In this document: in pieces, positions 1-8,353 of the stretch
How the letters are laid out: each line of letters starts with the position of its first letter
Position numbering within the stretch: the first letter of the stretch is position 1
Virus record (IMG/VR): IMGVR_UViG_3300037067_022526
Coordinates: 64,001 to 128,000 of that record
Strand: one strand, 5' to 3'
Length of the DNA stretch: 64,000 nucleotides
Source of the DNA: a virus
Taxonomy: Duplodnaviria > Caudoviricetes
Program-made: the position numbers and the translations under genes
Notes under the pieces: generated by a model
What the model saw: only the letters and a program-made list of their open reading frames with translations
Told to the model about the DNA's origin: nothing
Databases searched by the model: none

Positions 1-878
1 AGAATCCACTGATAGGTAATGACCATTTGCAGACCAACAATGTGGGTATACCCGTAGCTAGTTGTTTCCACCCTCATATGATGAAAGTGCGATGCCTATC
101 CAGGTATTTGTCTCCCTCAGAATTATATAATAACGACGAAAAGTTTAAAGACGCCATCAATCGTTGTTTTGAATTGGGTAACAAACCAAACGAAGCGAAT
201 ATTCGCCGTATCCTCCGCACTCGTGACGGTGTCCGTAGTGCAGTTAATTTTAAGCCAGTTATAGCTAAATATATTTATCAGAACTATGCCCCCACCGGAG
301 GTAAGGTCCTCGACCCTTGCGCTGGCTACGGTGGCAGACTAACCGGACTTATCTCTACTAATAAAAACCTTCTCTATCACGGTATAGACCCCTGCCCAGA
401 GACCACAGTGGGTAACACCCAACTAGCAGCCTTCTATTCCCGCCTATACGAACCCATAACTAAAGAATTGCAGTGGAAGTTTAGGTTTCGTCACGATTTA
501 GGTTGCGCAGAGGATGTCTTGCCCACTTTGCCAGATAAAGAATATGATTTGGTCTTTACTTCGCCACCTTATTTTAATGTAGAACAATATGACACTTTGC
601 CTAATCAGAGCTACCTCAGATATCCTGATTATGAGTCCTGGCGGGATAAATTCTTATCTGTTTTAATCAAAGAATCTTGCCGGGTCTCCAAGCAGTATGT
701 AGTATTAAATGTTAAAAACTATAAGAGCTATCCGATAGCAGACGATGCTCTAAAGTTTGCGGAGCAAATGGGATATGGAATACATAAGACTTACCAAATG
801 AGATTAGCCAATAGCGAATTTCACAGAAGAGAGAGTGAACCGACATATCATGTTGAACCTATTTATGTGTTGTTGTGA
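1..878 (+). CDS. DNA amino-methyltransferase (N4-C/N6-A type), 5'-truncated by window edge
   Basis: SAM-binding motif DPCAGYGGR and catalytic FTSPPY; frame is open back to the window edge; stop codon lies inside the degenerate terminal CRISPR repeat. Confidence 0.85.
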   Translation, partial: NPLIGNDHLQTNNVGIPVASCFHPHMMKVRCLSRYLSPSELYNNDEKFKDAINRCFELGNKPNEANIRRILRTRDGVRSAVNFKPVIAKYIYQNYAPTGGKVLDPCAGYGGRLTGLISTNKNLLYHGIDPCPETTVGNTQLAAFYSRLYEPITKELQWKFRFRHDLGCAEDVLPTLPDKEYDLVFTSPPYFNVEQYDTLPNQSYLRYPDYESWRDKFLSVLIKESCRVSKQYVVLNVKNYKSYPIADDALKFAEQMGYGIHKTYQMRLANSEFHRRESEPTYHVEPIYVLL

Positions 879-1239
879 TTCACTCCCCTCCCCTTCATAG
901 AGGAGAATCACCGATAATTGGGTGTTACCCACTACGGTTTCGTTGCAATTCACTCCCCTTTTCAGGGGAGAAACACCGTGGCATAAGGAGAAACAGCAGT
1001 GGCAAAGGTTGCAATTCACTCCCCTTTTCAGGGGAGAAACACCATTGGCGCATTGTTCTGTTGCCATGTCGTTGTTGCAATTCACTCCCCTTTTCAGGGG
1101 AGAAACACCCATCGAGTGATGTAGCGGTGAAAGCGTCGGTTGCAATTCACTCCCCTTTTCAGGGGAGAAACACCTTTATCTTTGCTGCTGCGTGGCCGTG
1201 GCCGTTGCAATTCACTCCCCTTTTCAGGGGAGAAACACC
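872..1239 (-). CRISPR. CRISPR array 1: five identical 36-nt repeats plus one degenerate trailer repeat, five spacers of 29-30 nt
   Basis: Repeats at 942, 1008, 1074, 1139 and 1204; minus-strand sequence GGTGTTTCTCCCCTGAAAAGGGGAGTGAATTGCAAC (hairpin CTCCCCT-GAAA-AGGGGAG plus 11-nt 3' tail); degenerate copy at 872-912. Confidence 0.98.
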
Positions 1240-1384
1240 CGAGCACTCATAACTTGATATAATTCAGCACCTTATGAGTATTCAGGGTCACAAATTTTGA
1301 GTCGCCCAATTCACTTTTCAAAGAACACTTCCCATTTTCTACGAATTCTCAGTATATTGTACTTGCTCTGCTGCTAAAAGTCAA
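1240..1384 (-). promoter_or_regulatory. Leader and sigma70 promoter of array 1
   Basis: About 110 nt homologous to the array 2 leader; minus-strand TTGACT(1384-1379)-17 nt-TACAAT(1361-1356). Confidence 0.8.
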
Positions 1385-3687
1385 ATCAATTCTTCCATGT
1401 ATCCCAAAAATTCAGTATCGTATTTTCCTGACCACACACACATTCCAGGTATTTTTTCATAGGGTTTAGTATAGTTTAAAATCGTTTTAATATTGCCTTC
1501 GAAAATTTGTACACTATTTCTAACTATATCTGTCGATGTTGGATATTCGATATTATCTATGTTTTCTGGTTTAACTATAACAGTTATTTTATTATTAGGT
1601 ATAACCTGATAAATGTCACCAACATCTTTCATGTATTTTTTTTGTTCAAAGCTCATTAAGCTCCCGATTGTAACAACTTTGTTATTTAAATTGCCAACTA
1701 CATTAAGATTGCCTATTTCATCTTCCATTGCTTCTGCGCAATGTTCTGGTCCTATTTTTCCGAGAGCGTAATATTCTCGAAAAATTTTTGCTCCATCTCT
1801 GAATTCTTTGTTTTCAGTAAAATCATCTAAATCTAACTCGAAAACGTATAGTGTGGAATCATTAAAGACATTATCTCGATTGATTCGACCAGCCAATTGC
1901 AAAGCACTATTTAAATTGCAGTTTTCTCTGAAACCATTTCTGAAAGAAATGTTTATTCCAGATTCTATGCACGATGTTGCAATTAATATGAAATTCTCAT
2001 CGGAACTTAATCGTGATTTGATATCTTCTAATATGACCTCTCGATCTGTAGCACAAAGTGCTGTGGACATGTGTAATACATGTTCACGCCCAATTATCTT
2101 TGATATTGTTTTTGCAACCAATGCTGCGTTTTTGACAGTGTTAAAAACCGCTACTACCGGACCTTTGCTGCGCTCATTTATAACAGCATTACAAATTTGG
2201 GGTAAAGATAGTTTATTCCAATGCCCGTTATCTTGTATGCCGCCTAATTGCTTTATTGTAACTCTGGATTTTTCTTGTTTAAGAGTTATCTCTGAAATCT
2301 CTGGTGGAACTATAGATGGGACATTATAATCAAAACCATCTAAGACATATTTTCTAAATCGCTTGATTTCCCAAGGCTTCGTCATAGACCCAGACACAAA
2401 CAGTACTCGGCATCCCATATTTTCAACTAACCATTTTAAGTAATATAATGTAAGTGGCCACAATTTTGAGGGCAGGCAACAATGAGACTCGTCAAAAATA
2501 ATGAATTTACCGGCTAAATTGAGATACTTTCTAAGCTTTTTAGGTGTGTATCCAGCCAAAGTTTCACAAAATTGTACTGCGGTTGTGCAGGTAATTGGAC
2601 AATTCCATGTCTGTGTATAAAGTTTTGCGGATAGATCATGTTCAAAATCTACTCCAAGATGATGCTCTGCAACGGTTAATTTATCATCTTCTTCGGGCAA
2701 AACAATTGCTTTTCTATAAGTGTCTGCAGTTTGGCTAATAATATTAGTATAAGGTGCAACATAAATTATACCTGACATATTATTAGTATTAACAGTATGT
2801 AAAGCATATGCCAAAGATGATAAAGTTTTGCCATTACCAACTTCACTAGCAAGATATGTAAATGATGCGGAAATTTCTGAATGTCTACACGATTGATATA
2901 TAGCTTGCCTTATTTTGTTCCTCTCGGTTTCTGCTGAAAAGCTACTAACATATTTATCTAGTTGTAGTAATCTTTCATTTGCTTTTATTGGGATTGTGTC
3001 TTCTACTATGAAGTTCTTGTAATTTTTAGCAGTGTCATAGTAGTCTGCTGTTACGAGTACGCTTAATGCTAATCTTGATAGTGGAGCACTAATATTCTTG
3101 TTATAATTCATTCCGCTTTTCAGAGGAGAAACACTTAGGGGTTCAACTAAATTTATTTCTTTTTTATGAAGTTCCATTAGCTTGTCTAATTTTGCATCGA
3201 CATATTCGCTCATGAGCATGTCTGTTTCTTTTACCCACGGACATCTTTCCCCTAGTAAATTATTATCTCGAAGGTCATCGTATAGATTTTTTTGGTATCC
3301 GAGATGATGAGCGAAAACAAGCCATGCTGCGTACCTATATTGATCTGATAAAGACATGTTCCCGTTTTGTGCTGCCTTGTCACATTGACTTATCAGATAA
3401 GACACACCGGCATCAACATGATTTGGCATTTTACAATTTAATACTTTACCACTTAAAACCATTTGACAATAAGGATCAAGCTTCCCTGTGTCATGGTACA
3501 AAATTGCGGTTAATAAATGACATTTTAGAAAATTATAATGATCTTCTGATATGAATGATTTTAATTTTTCTATTTCTTGCTCTGCTTTTAAGTATACACC
3601 AGATATATGATCAATAAAAGATTGTTCTGGAATGTTTCTTTCCAAATCTGCTGAATGGGCTAAGTTACAATTCACTCTACTTTTCAT
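1381..3687 (-). CDS. cas3: Cas3 HD nuclease-helicase (type I-C-like)
   Basis: HD motifs AHS..DH, YHDTGK, AHH; SF2 motifs VGNGKT, YVAPYTNII, FDESH, FNTV, LQLAGRINR; CRISPR context. Confidence 0.95.
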   Translation of the reverse strand: MKSRVNCNLAHSADLERNIPEQSFIDHISGVYLKAEQEIEKLKSFISEDHYNFLKCHLLTAILYHDTGKLDPYCQMVLSGKVLNCKMPNHVDAGVSYLISQCDKAAQNGNMSLSDQYRYAAWLVFAHHLGYQKNLYDDLRDNNLLGERCPWVKETDMLMSEYVDAKLDKLMELHKKEINLVEPLSVSPLKSGMNYNKNISAPLSRLALSVLVTADYYDTAKNYKNFIVEDTIPIKANERLLQLDKYVSSFSAETERNKIRQAIYQSCRHSEISASFTYLASEVGNGKTLSSLAYALHTVNTNNMSGIIYVAPYTNIISQTADTYRKAIVLPEEDDKLTVAEHHLGVDFEHDLSAKLYTQTWNCPITCTTAVQFCETLAGYTPKKLRKYLNLAGKFIIFDESHCCLPSKLWPLTLYYLKWLVENMGCRVLFVSGSMTKPWEIKRFRKYVLDGFDYNVPSIVPPEISEITLKQEKSRVTIKQLGGIQDNGHWNKLSLPQICNAVINERSKGPVVAVFNTVKNAALVAKTISKIIGREHVLHMSTALCATDREVILEDIKSRLSSDENFILIATSCIESGINISFRNGFRENCNLNSALQLAGRINRDNVFNDSTLYVFELDLDDFTENKEFRDGAKIFREYYALGKIGPEHCAEAMEDEIGNLNVVGNLNNKVVTIGSLMSFEQKKYMKDVGDIYQVIPNNKITVIVKPENIDNIEYPTSTDIVRNSVQIFEGNIKTILNYTKPYEKIPGMCVWSGKYDTEFLGYMEELI

Positions 3688-4161
3688 GGAAGAAACACCT
3701 CAATAGTAAGACTTTCAGTTGTAATTCACTCCACTTTTCAAAAGGGGAGAAACACCACGCCCGCCGATCTTTCCGCCGTCGGTTCCGTTACAATTCACTC
3801 TCTTTTTTCAGGAGAGAAACATCAAGTGTCAGCGTCATGTTGCAAGTCTTTCAAAAAATTAGTTGTAATTCACTCCCCCTTTCGGGGGAGAAACACCTCG
3901 TGATTTATGTTACCTATGCACTCGGCGGTTGCAATTCACTCCCCCTTTCGGGGGAGAAACACCTATACCCGAGTGGGGTACAGAAGTTGGCGTGTTGCAA
4001 TTCACTCCCCCTTTCGGGGGAGAAACACCCCCGCTCGTATAACATACCGTAACTGCCAGGTTGCAATTCACTCCCCCTTTCGGGGGAGAAACACCCGTCC
4101 TGAGAATCAAGCAATGCTAGGTCTAGTTGCAATTCACTCCCCCTTTCGGGGGAGAAACACC
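3664..4161 (-). CRISPR. CRISPR array 2: five near-identical repeats plus three degenerate trailer repeats
   Basis: Repeats at 3862 (one mismatch), 3928, 3994, 4060 and 4126, minus-strand GGTGTTTCTCCCCCGAAAGGGGGAGTGAATTGCAAC, with 30-nt spacers; degenerate copies at 3664, 3718 and 3787 with 18-, 30- and 38-nt spacers. Confidence 0.97.
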
Positions 4162-4271
4162 CGAGCACTCATAACTTGGTATAATTCAACACTTTATGAG
4201 TGTTTAGGGTCACAAATTTTGAGATATTTGGTTTACTTTTCAAAGAACGCCTCTCGTTTTTTGCGAATTCT
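4162..4271 (-). promoter_or_regulatory. Leader of array 2
   Basis: Homologous to 1240-1349; inverted repeat ACTCATAA/TTATGAGT around an IHF-like site (ATTCAACACTTTA). Confidence 0.75.
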
Positions 4272-5250
4272 AGCTCAGATCATGTACTTCAAAACTGAAT
4301 CCACATTCCGCAGCATTGGGTACATTGTAATCACTTAGACATATTGGTTTGTCGTTTTTTGCAGTAGGCTTAAGATTATTTATAAATTCAGTTTCTTTGA
4401 AACTTCCAATAGTATTAGAATGGTCTGCCCACCAAACATGTTGTAAATTCATCGAACCCGATGGACGTGCACACGAAGACGATGTTTCGAAAATATGTGG
4501 TAGTATTTTCTTAAGAATATCAATATCTTCTTGGGCAGCATTGGTCAGATGGGCACAATGCGGGTTGACGGAAATTAGTTGATAATACATGCCGTGACGA
4601 ATAAATTTTAGCGCATTTGGACCTATATCTCCAGAAGGATCTTTATCTTTGATCGTTCTTCCTGTATCTGTTGCCAGATGATCTGCGCTTAATGGCGACT
4701 TTTTTGTAACACTTGCCTCGATAATTTCCACTGGCGCAATTGAACACCCGACACCAATCGAAACACATCCAGTACGAACAAATCGAGGTTCTTCTTTCTT
4801 TTCCTTCTCTAGCCCATCTGGTAGAGCTGTTGTTCCGAAAATCCTGACATCAAAATATCGATTTAAAAAGGCTTCAGGGTCAGACTTGGCTAGCGCCATT
4901 GCTTTTCTGGCACATTCAAGCTCTGATGTTCCAGCGTACCCTTTGTTGCGGCTTTCAAATACATACAATCGTTCAGGGTCAAGATTGTCTCTCTTTACAA
5001 AATCCTTGAAAACCGGATTATCATGATCGGACAAGAAATCCCTGATCTTCCTTTTAATAGACATTGGTGATACCCACCCATATCCATCTGGAAATGTGCG
5101 TGGAGCATTTCCTACATCCGGGTCTCCGTTGGGATTTCCACAAATTACTTCATACACTAGCATTCCAACACTGCGATTCAATTGATACATTTTTTTCTCC
5201 AAAGTTGAATTTTCTGTTACGATCGTTTCTGATTTAATTGACTTATTCAT
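4270..5250 (-). CDS. cas7: Cas7 (Csd2-type) backbone subunit
   Basis: NPNGDPD..NAPR and SIKRKIRD motifs, FDVRIFG; start moved to ATG 5250 (GGAG SD, overlaps the cas8 stop). Confidence 0.93.
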   Translation of the reverse strand: MNKSIKSETIVTENSTLEKKMYQLNRSVGMLVYEVICGNPNGDPDVGNAPRTFPDGYGWVSPMSIKRKIRDFLSDHDNPVFKDFVKRDNLDPERLYVFESRNKGYAGTSELECARKAMALAKSDPEAFLNRYFDVRIFGTTALPDGLEKEKKEEPRFVRTGCVSIGVGCSIAPVEIIEASVTKKSPLSADHLATDTGRTIKDKDPSGDIGPNALKFIRHGMYYQLISVNPHCAHLTNAAQEDIDILKKILPHIFETSSSCARPSGSMNLQHVWWADHSNTIGSFKETEFINNLKPTAKNDKPICLSDYNVPNAAECGFSFEVHDLS

Positions 5251-5716
5251 TGTTTTCTCCATTCGGATTTTCCACAGACACTTTTTCAAGATCAACACCG
5301 ATCTCTGACTTGACTGATTTTGGCGACCTATAAGCATATCCCATTTCCAGGAGTATTTTATAAATATCAGGATCAAACTCATTAAATTGGTTAACGCTCT
5401 TAAATTGATTATTATGTAAATCAGGCATTATATTCATAAGTTTACTAATTATTTCTTTATATTCTCTGATTGGCAAATAACCATGTTTATATGGCTCTTT
5501 TTCTTTGCGAATATAATTTTCTGCCCAACATTCGTACTTAGAAAAGTTTCCTATAAATGTTCCTAGCGCTCGTTTTGGAAATTTATATGCTTGCTGTATA
5601 TATTCTTGTCCGATAAGCTTTTGAGGTTCATTTATCCCTCTACTCTTAAAATATATTCGGTGAATATTGTTTGCTTGACTAAATAATTGTCCCATTAAAA
5701 ACGGCACACTGTTCAT
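5243..5716 (-). CDS. cas11: Cas11 small subunit translated internally from cas8
   Basis: In-frame ATG 5716 preceded by AAGGAG (5728-5723) at 6-nt spacing; MNSVPFLMGQLF motif; internal Cas11 translation is established for type I-C. Confidence 0.7.
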   Translation of the reverse strand: MNSVPFLMGQLFSQANNIHRIYFKSRGINEPQKLIGQEYIQQAYKFPKRALGTFIGNFSKYECWAENYIRKEKEPYKHGYLPIREYKEIISKLMNIMPDLHNNQFKSVNQFNEFDPDIYKILLEMGYAYRSPKSVKSEIGVDLEKVSVENPNGENNE

Positions 5717-7186
5717 GATCATCTCCTTTGTAAAACCATTTTTACTCAAAACAATCCCCGAAATTGGCACCAGCCATTGCCGTTCATACGGCATTTTTTC
5801 TAATTTACCATCAGAACACTCAATTAGCATTTTGGTATGATTTTTTGCAAATATGCGAGTAACTTTTTTAATTGCTTTTTCGTTTTCGAAAAAGAAGTCG
5901 TATATATCTGAAATTGTTATATACTCTCGCTCTATAATAGATGATATTTTATTACGATCATTTTTCCATATTTTATTAATACATTTAGAAAAATTAGAAA
6001 TAGTTGGCGGGAGAAATTTGCCTTTGCAAACAAATTTAGACGGACGAGTTGATGTTCCGGATACCCATTTGTTTACACAATTAGCAATATTTTTTCCATT
6101 CATTTCTTTATGATATTTAATTTGACACGCACCATTTTTGGGTATAAATAGGACAAAAATTGAACATTGAAATGGTGTTTTATTAATCTCACCGTTTAAC
6201 ATGTGAACAATCTTTTTGCCCTCTGCCTCCCATTGTTCAATATCCATTTGGTTGGATTCTTCTGTTCGACCCTCAATCCAGTCAGATGAAGGTGATAGAG
6301 TAGTAATAACCAAATCTCTTCCGTTGTCTTTTTGGATATAATACCAGAGACCATTTCGAGTGCCTTCTTTTCCTAAATTGTTATAATAAAAATTCTCAGA
6401 TACAATAGAATTGATGATTTTCAGTATTTGTTTGCGAGTAGAATTTCCGATTTTGCACGCATTTACACCAGACATGCCAAATCGTTCATAGCATTCATTA
6501 TCCTCATTTTTAGAATAAAGTTTTATTGTGCCGACGCCGCAAGGGAGCTTGGTTTCAAATGTTTTTGATTTATTTTCCCACCCATCGGCAGGATTGTTGA
6601 GTATGTCGATATCGATAGATGAGTTTGTTTGTTTAGAAATAAGCCAATCATTCACCACCTTCATTGACTCACTATTTTGAACCTTATTGGAAAATTTTAA
6701 TTGTTTCCAATCTGGAATGTCTAGAGAAAAATAACAACTTTTGATCTTTTTATCTTGTTGTGAAATAAAGTCATCTAATTTGTTCATTAAAGCATTTGGA
6801 TCAATTCGAGATAATCTATTGGATAATTCTTTGAAAGCACAAAACCTATCTTGATCATCTATATGTTTAGATATATCGGAATGGCAATATAAATGATGTT
6901 TAATTCCATTCAGTCTTTTCTTAGAATCTTTATTAGTGTCATATTTGAAAGTAAATCCAGATGCAAAATTAGAGTATTTAAAATATCTAAGATCGGAAGC
7001 AGACTCAGACTCAAAAGGTTCGATAGCGATATCAAGATTCTTATCAATTAATATAAGAAAACGTTGACCGTTATTATTTTTGGGCATTTGTGGATGCCAC
7101 GTTGTATCGTTTGTGTTTGATAAATCCCCAATATTCAGACCCCAGCTTTTTAAACTTTCTTCAATTGATAATATTTCATGCAACAT
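5243..7186 (-). CDS. cas8c: Divergent Cas8c (Csd1)-like large subunit
   Basis: Position between cas5 and cas7, 647 aa, C-terminal PFLMGQLFSQANNIH resembles the Cas11c region; N-terminal part not recognisable by eye. Confidence 0.75.
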   Translation of the reverse strand: MLHEILSIEESLKSWGLNIGDLSNTNDTTWHPQMPKNNNGQRFLILIDKNLDIAIEPFESESASDLRYFKYSNFASGFTFKYDTNKDSKKRLNGIKHHLYCHSDISKHIDDQDRFCAFKELSNRLSRIDPNALMNKLDDFISQQDKKIKSCYFSLDIPDWKQLKFSNKVQNSESMKVVNDWLISKQTNSSIDIDILNNPADGWENKSKTFETKLPCGVGTIKLYSKNEDNECYERFGMSGVNACKIGNSTRKQILKIINSIVSENFYYNNLGKEGTRNGLWYYIQKDNGRDLVITTLSPSSDWIEGRTEESNQMDIEQWEAEGKKIVHMLNGEINKTPFQCSIFVLFIPKNGACQIKYHKEMNGKNIANCVNKWVSGTSTRPSKFVCKGKFLPPTISNFSKCINKIWKNDRNKISSIIEREYITISDIYDFFFENEKAIKKVTRIFAKNHTKMLIECSDGKLEKMPYERQWLVPISGIVLSKNGFTKEMIMNSVPFLMGQLFSQANNIHRIYFKSRGINEPQKLIGQEYIQQAYKFPKRALGTFIGNFSKYECWAENYIRKEKEPYKHGYLPIREYKEIISKLMNIMPDLHNNQFKSVNQFNEFDPDIYKILLEMGYAYRSPKSVKSEIGVDLEKVSVENPNGENNE

Positions 7187-7203
7187 TTTTAATCTCCATT
7201 TAA

Positions 7204-7887
7204 TTATTTATTTAAATTTTCGTTTTCAAACTTTAGAATTCCATTGGCTGCGATTACTTTCTCGGGACCAAGTTGTAAAATTCCATGAGCGATTCGCAAA
7301 GTTTCTGTTATTGGAAATTGCATAATATATCCATTTTTTTTGTCAAAATATTGTAGGACATATCCGTGTAAAATTTCATTATAATCAGAAATTATGGGAG
7401 TTATAGGTAATCCGACATAATCAGAAAAAAAGTCGCTCGGACCAAGTGTCGGCATTCGATAATATTGTTCTTTACTTAATCGACGATAAAATTGATCGCG
7501 ATATGAATGGGCACAATTAATATGTGCGTATTTTGGGTGAGGTGGTTCTACGGTAGACCTTTTGGCGGTTGCACAAATTTGAAATCTAGGGCGAAGCAAA
7601 GCTGTAGCTTTTATTTGACATGCATTTCCATCTCTTTTCTGTCCTTCTTTTCGAATTGATGACCACGAATTAAAAGCATAATCTAAATATTCTGGTCGGT
7701 GACATATCCCGATAGCTTCTATTTGTATGGATGCACTTTTAACTCTTAAAATTGACTGCATTATACCAAATGCCGCAGTGGGCGTAGGAACTGGATAACT
7801 ACATGGTTCTGATCCGCTATCAGGTCTGGCGAACATGCCTATGGGTCCGCCAACCTCGAATATGATTCCGTAAGATTTCTGGTACAT
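7204..7887 (-). CDS. cas5: Cas5 (Cas5d-type, likely the crRNA-processing nuclease)
   Basis: EVGGPIGMFARPD..SYPVPTPTAAFGI motif; start at ATG 7887 after AAGGAG; no cas6 present. Confidence 0.92.
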   Translation of the reverse strand: MYQKSYGIIFEVGGPIGMFARPDSGSEPCSYPVPTPTAAFGIMQSILRVKSASIQIEAIGICHRPEYLDYAFNSWSSIRKEGQKRDGNACQIKATALLRPRFQICATAKRSTVEPPHPKYAHINCAHSYRDQFYRRLSKEQYYRMPTLGPSDFFSDYVGLPITPIISDYNEILHGYVLQYFDKKNGYIMQFPITETLRIAHGILQLGPEKVIAANGILKFENENLNK

Positions 7888-7907
7888 TCTGAATCTCCTT
7901 TCAAACA

Positions 7908-7936
7908 ATTATAACCTTAGCGTGATGGGAAGTCAA
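7908..7936 (-). promoter_or_regulatory. sigma70 promoter of the cas operon
   Basis: TTGACT-17-TATAAT on the minus strand. Confidence 0.8.
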
Positions 7937-7973
7937 GCGAGAGATATTAGATTTTTTAAAAATATTCGTGGCC

Positions 7974-8002
7974 TTGACAATTTACGTAGCAGGCAATATA
8001 AT
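7974..8002 (+). promoter_or_regulatory. Consensus sigma70 promoter, divergent from the cas operon
   Basis: TTGACA-17-TATAAT. Confidence 0.88.
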
Positions 8003-8011
8003 GGATTGTAA

Positions 8012-8046
8012 GATGTTTCTCCCCTAAAAAGGGAGTGAATTGCAAC
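8012..8046 (+). repeat. Solitary CRISPR repeat (array-type)
   Basis: GATGTTTCTCCCCTAAAAAGGGAGTGAATTGCAAC, intact 11-nt 3' handle, 9 nt after the -10 box. Confidence 0.9.
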
Positions 8047-8068
8047 GTGATGATGTCGAGGAAATCAG

Positions 8069-8353
8069 ATGTGGAATTTGACAGAACACGCAAAACCGGT
8101 CACCGGAGAAGAATCTTTAGTAATTTATACTTGTCCGCAATTTCTTGAGGACGAACATCCTGGTATATATTACATACACGAAGCATACTGTATACACAAT
8201 GGTTTCTGTCGTTATTACCCGGATGAAGGTTGGTTCTGTGGGGATAATAAAATGCCAGAACCCGTAGCGTGGATCCGTCCCGAAAAATTGTTAGAGTATT
8301 TTTTGACGCAACTACCCAGCAAAGATCAGTCAGCTACAACACCTTTCAGATAA
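8069..8353 (+). CDS. Hypothetical protein, paralog of 13268..13519
   Basis: Shared MWNLT..AKPV.GE.SLVIY and WFCGD..MPEP.AW.RPEKLLE motifs. Confidence 0.75.
   Translation: MWNLTEHAKPVTGEESLVIYTCPQFLEDEHPGIYYIHEAYCIHNGFCRYYPDEGWFCGDNKMPEPVAWIRPEKLLEYFLTQLPSKDQSATTPFR

Noticed and set aside
804-1252. ORFs with repeated peptides over array 1
   Set aside because: Translations of CRISPR repeats, not genes.
1808-2329. Antisense ORFs inside cas3 and other long genes
   Set aside because: Shadow frames with no motifs or SD.
872-4161. Assignment to a class 2 (Cas9/Cas12/Cas13) system on the basis of the 36/30 geometry
   Set aside because: No large effector or tracrRNA-like anti-repeat is visible; the adjacent genes are cas3/5/7/8 and the handle is I-C-like.
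3837-4338. ORFs with repeated peptides over array 2
   Set aside because: Same artefact of the repeats.
7922-7936. Solitary-repeat guide (GTGATG...) targeting the cas promoter
   Set aside because: Only 6 contiguous matches and no plausible PAM.
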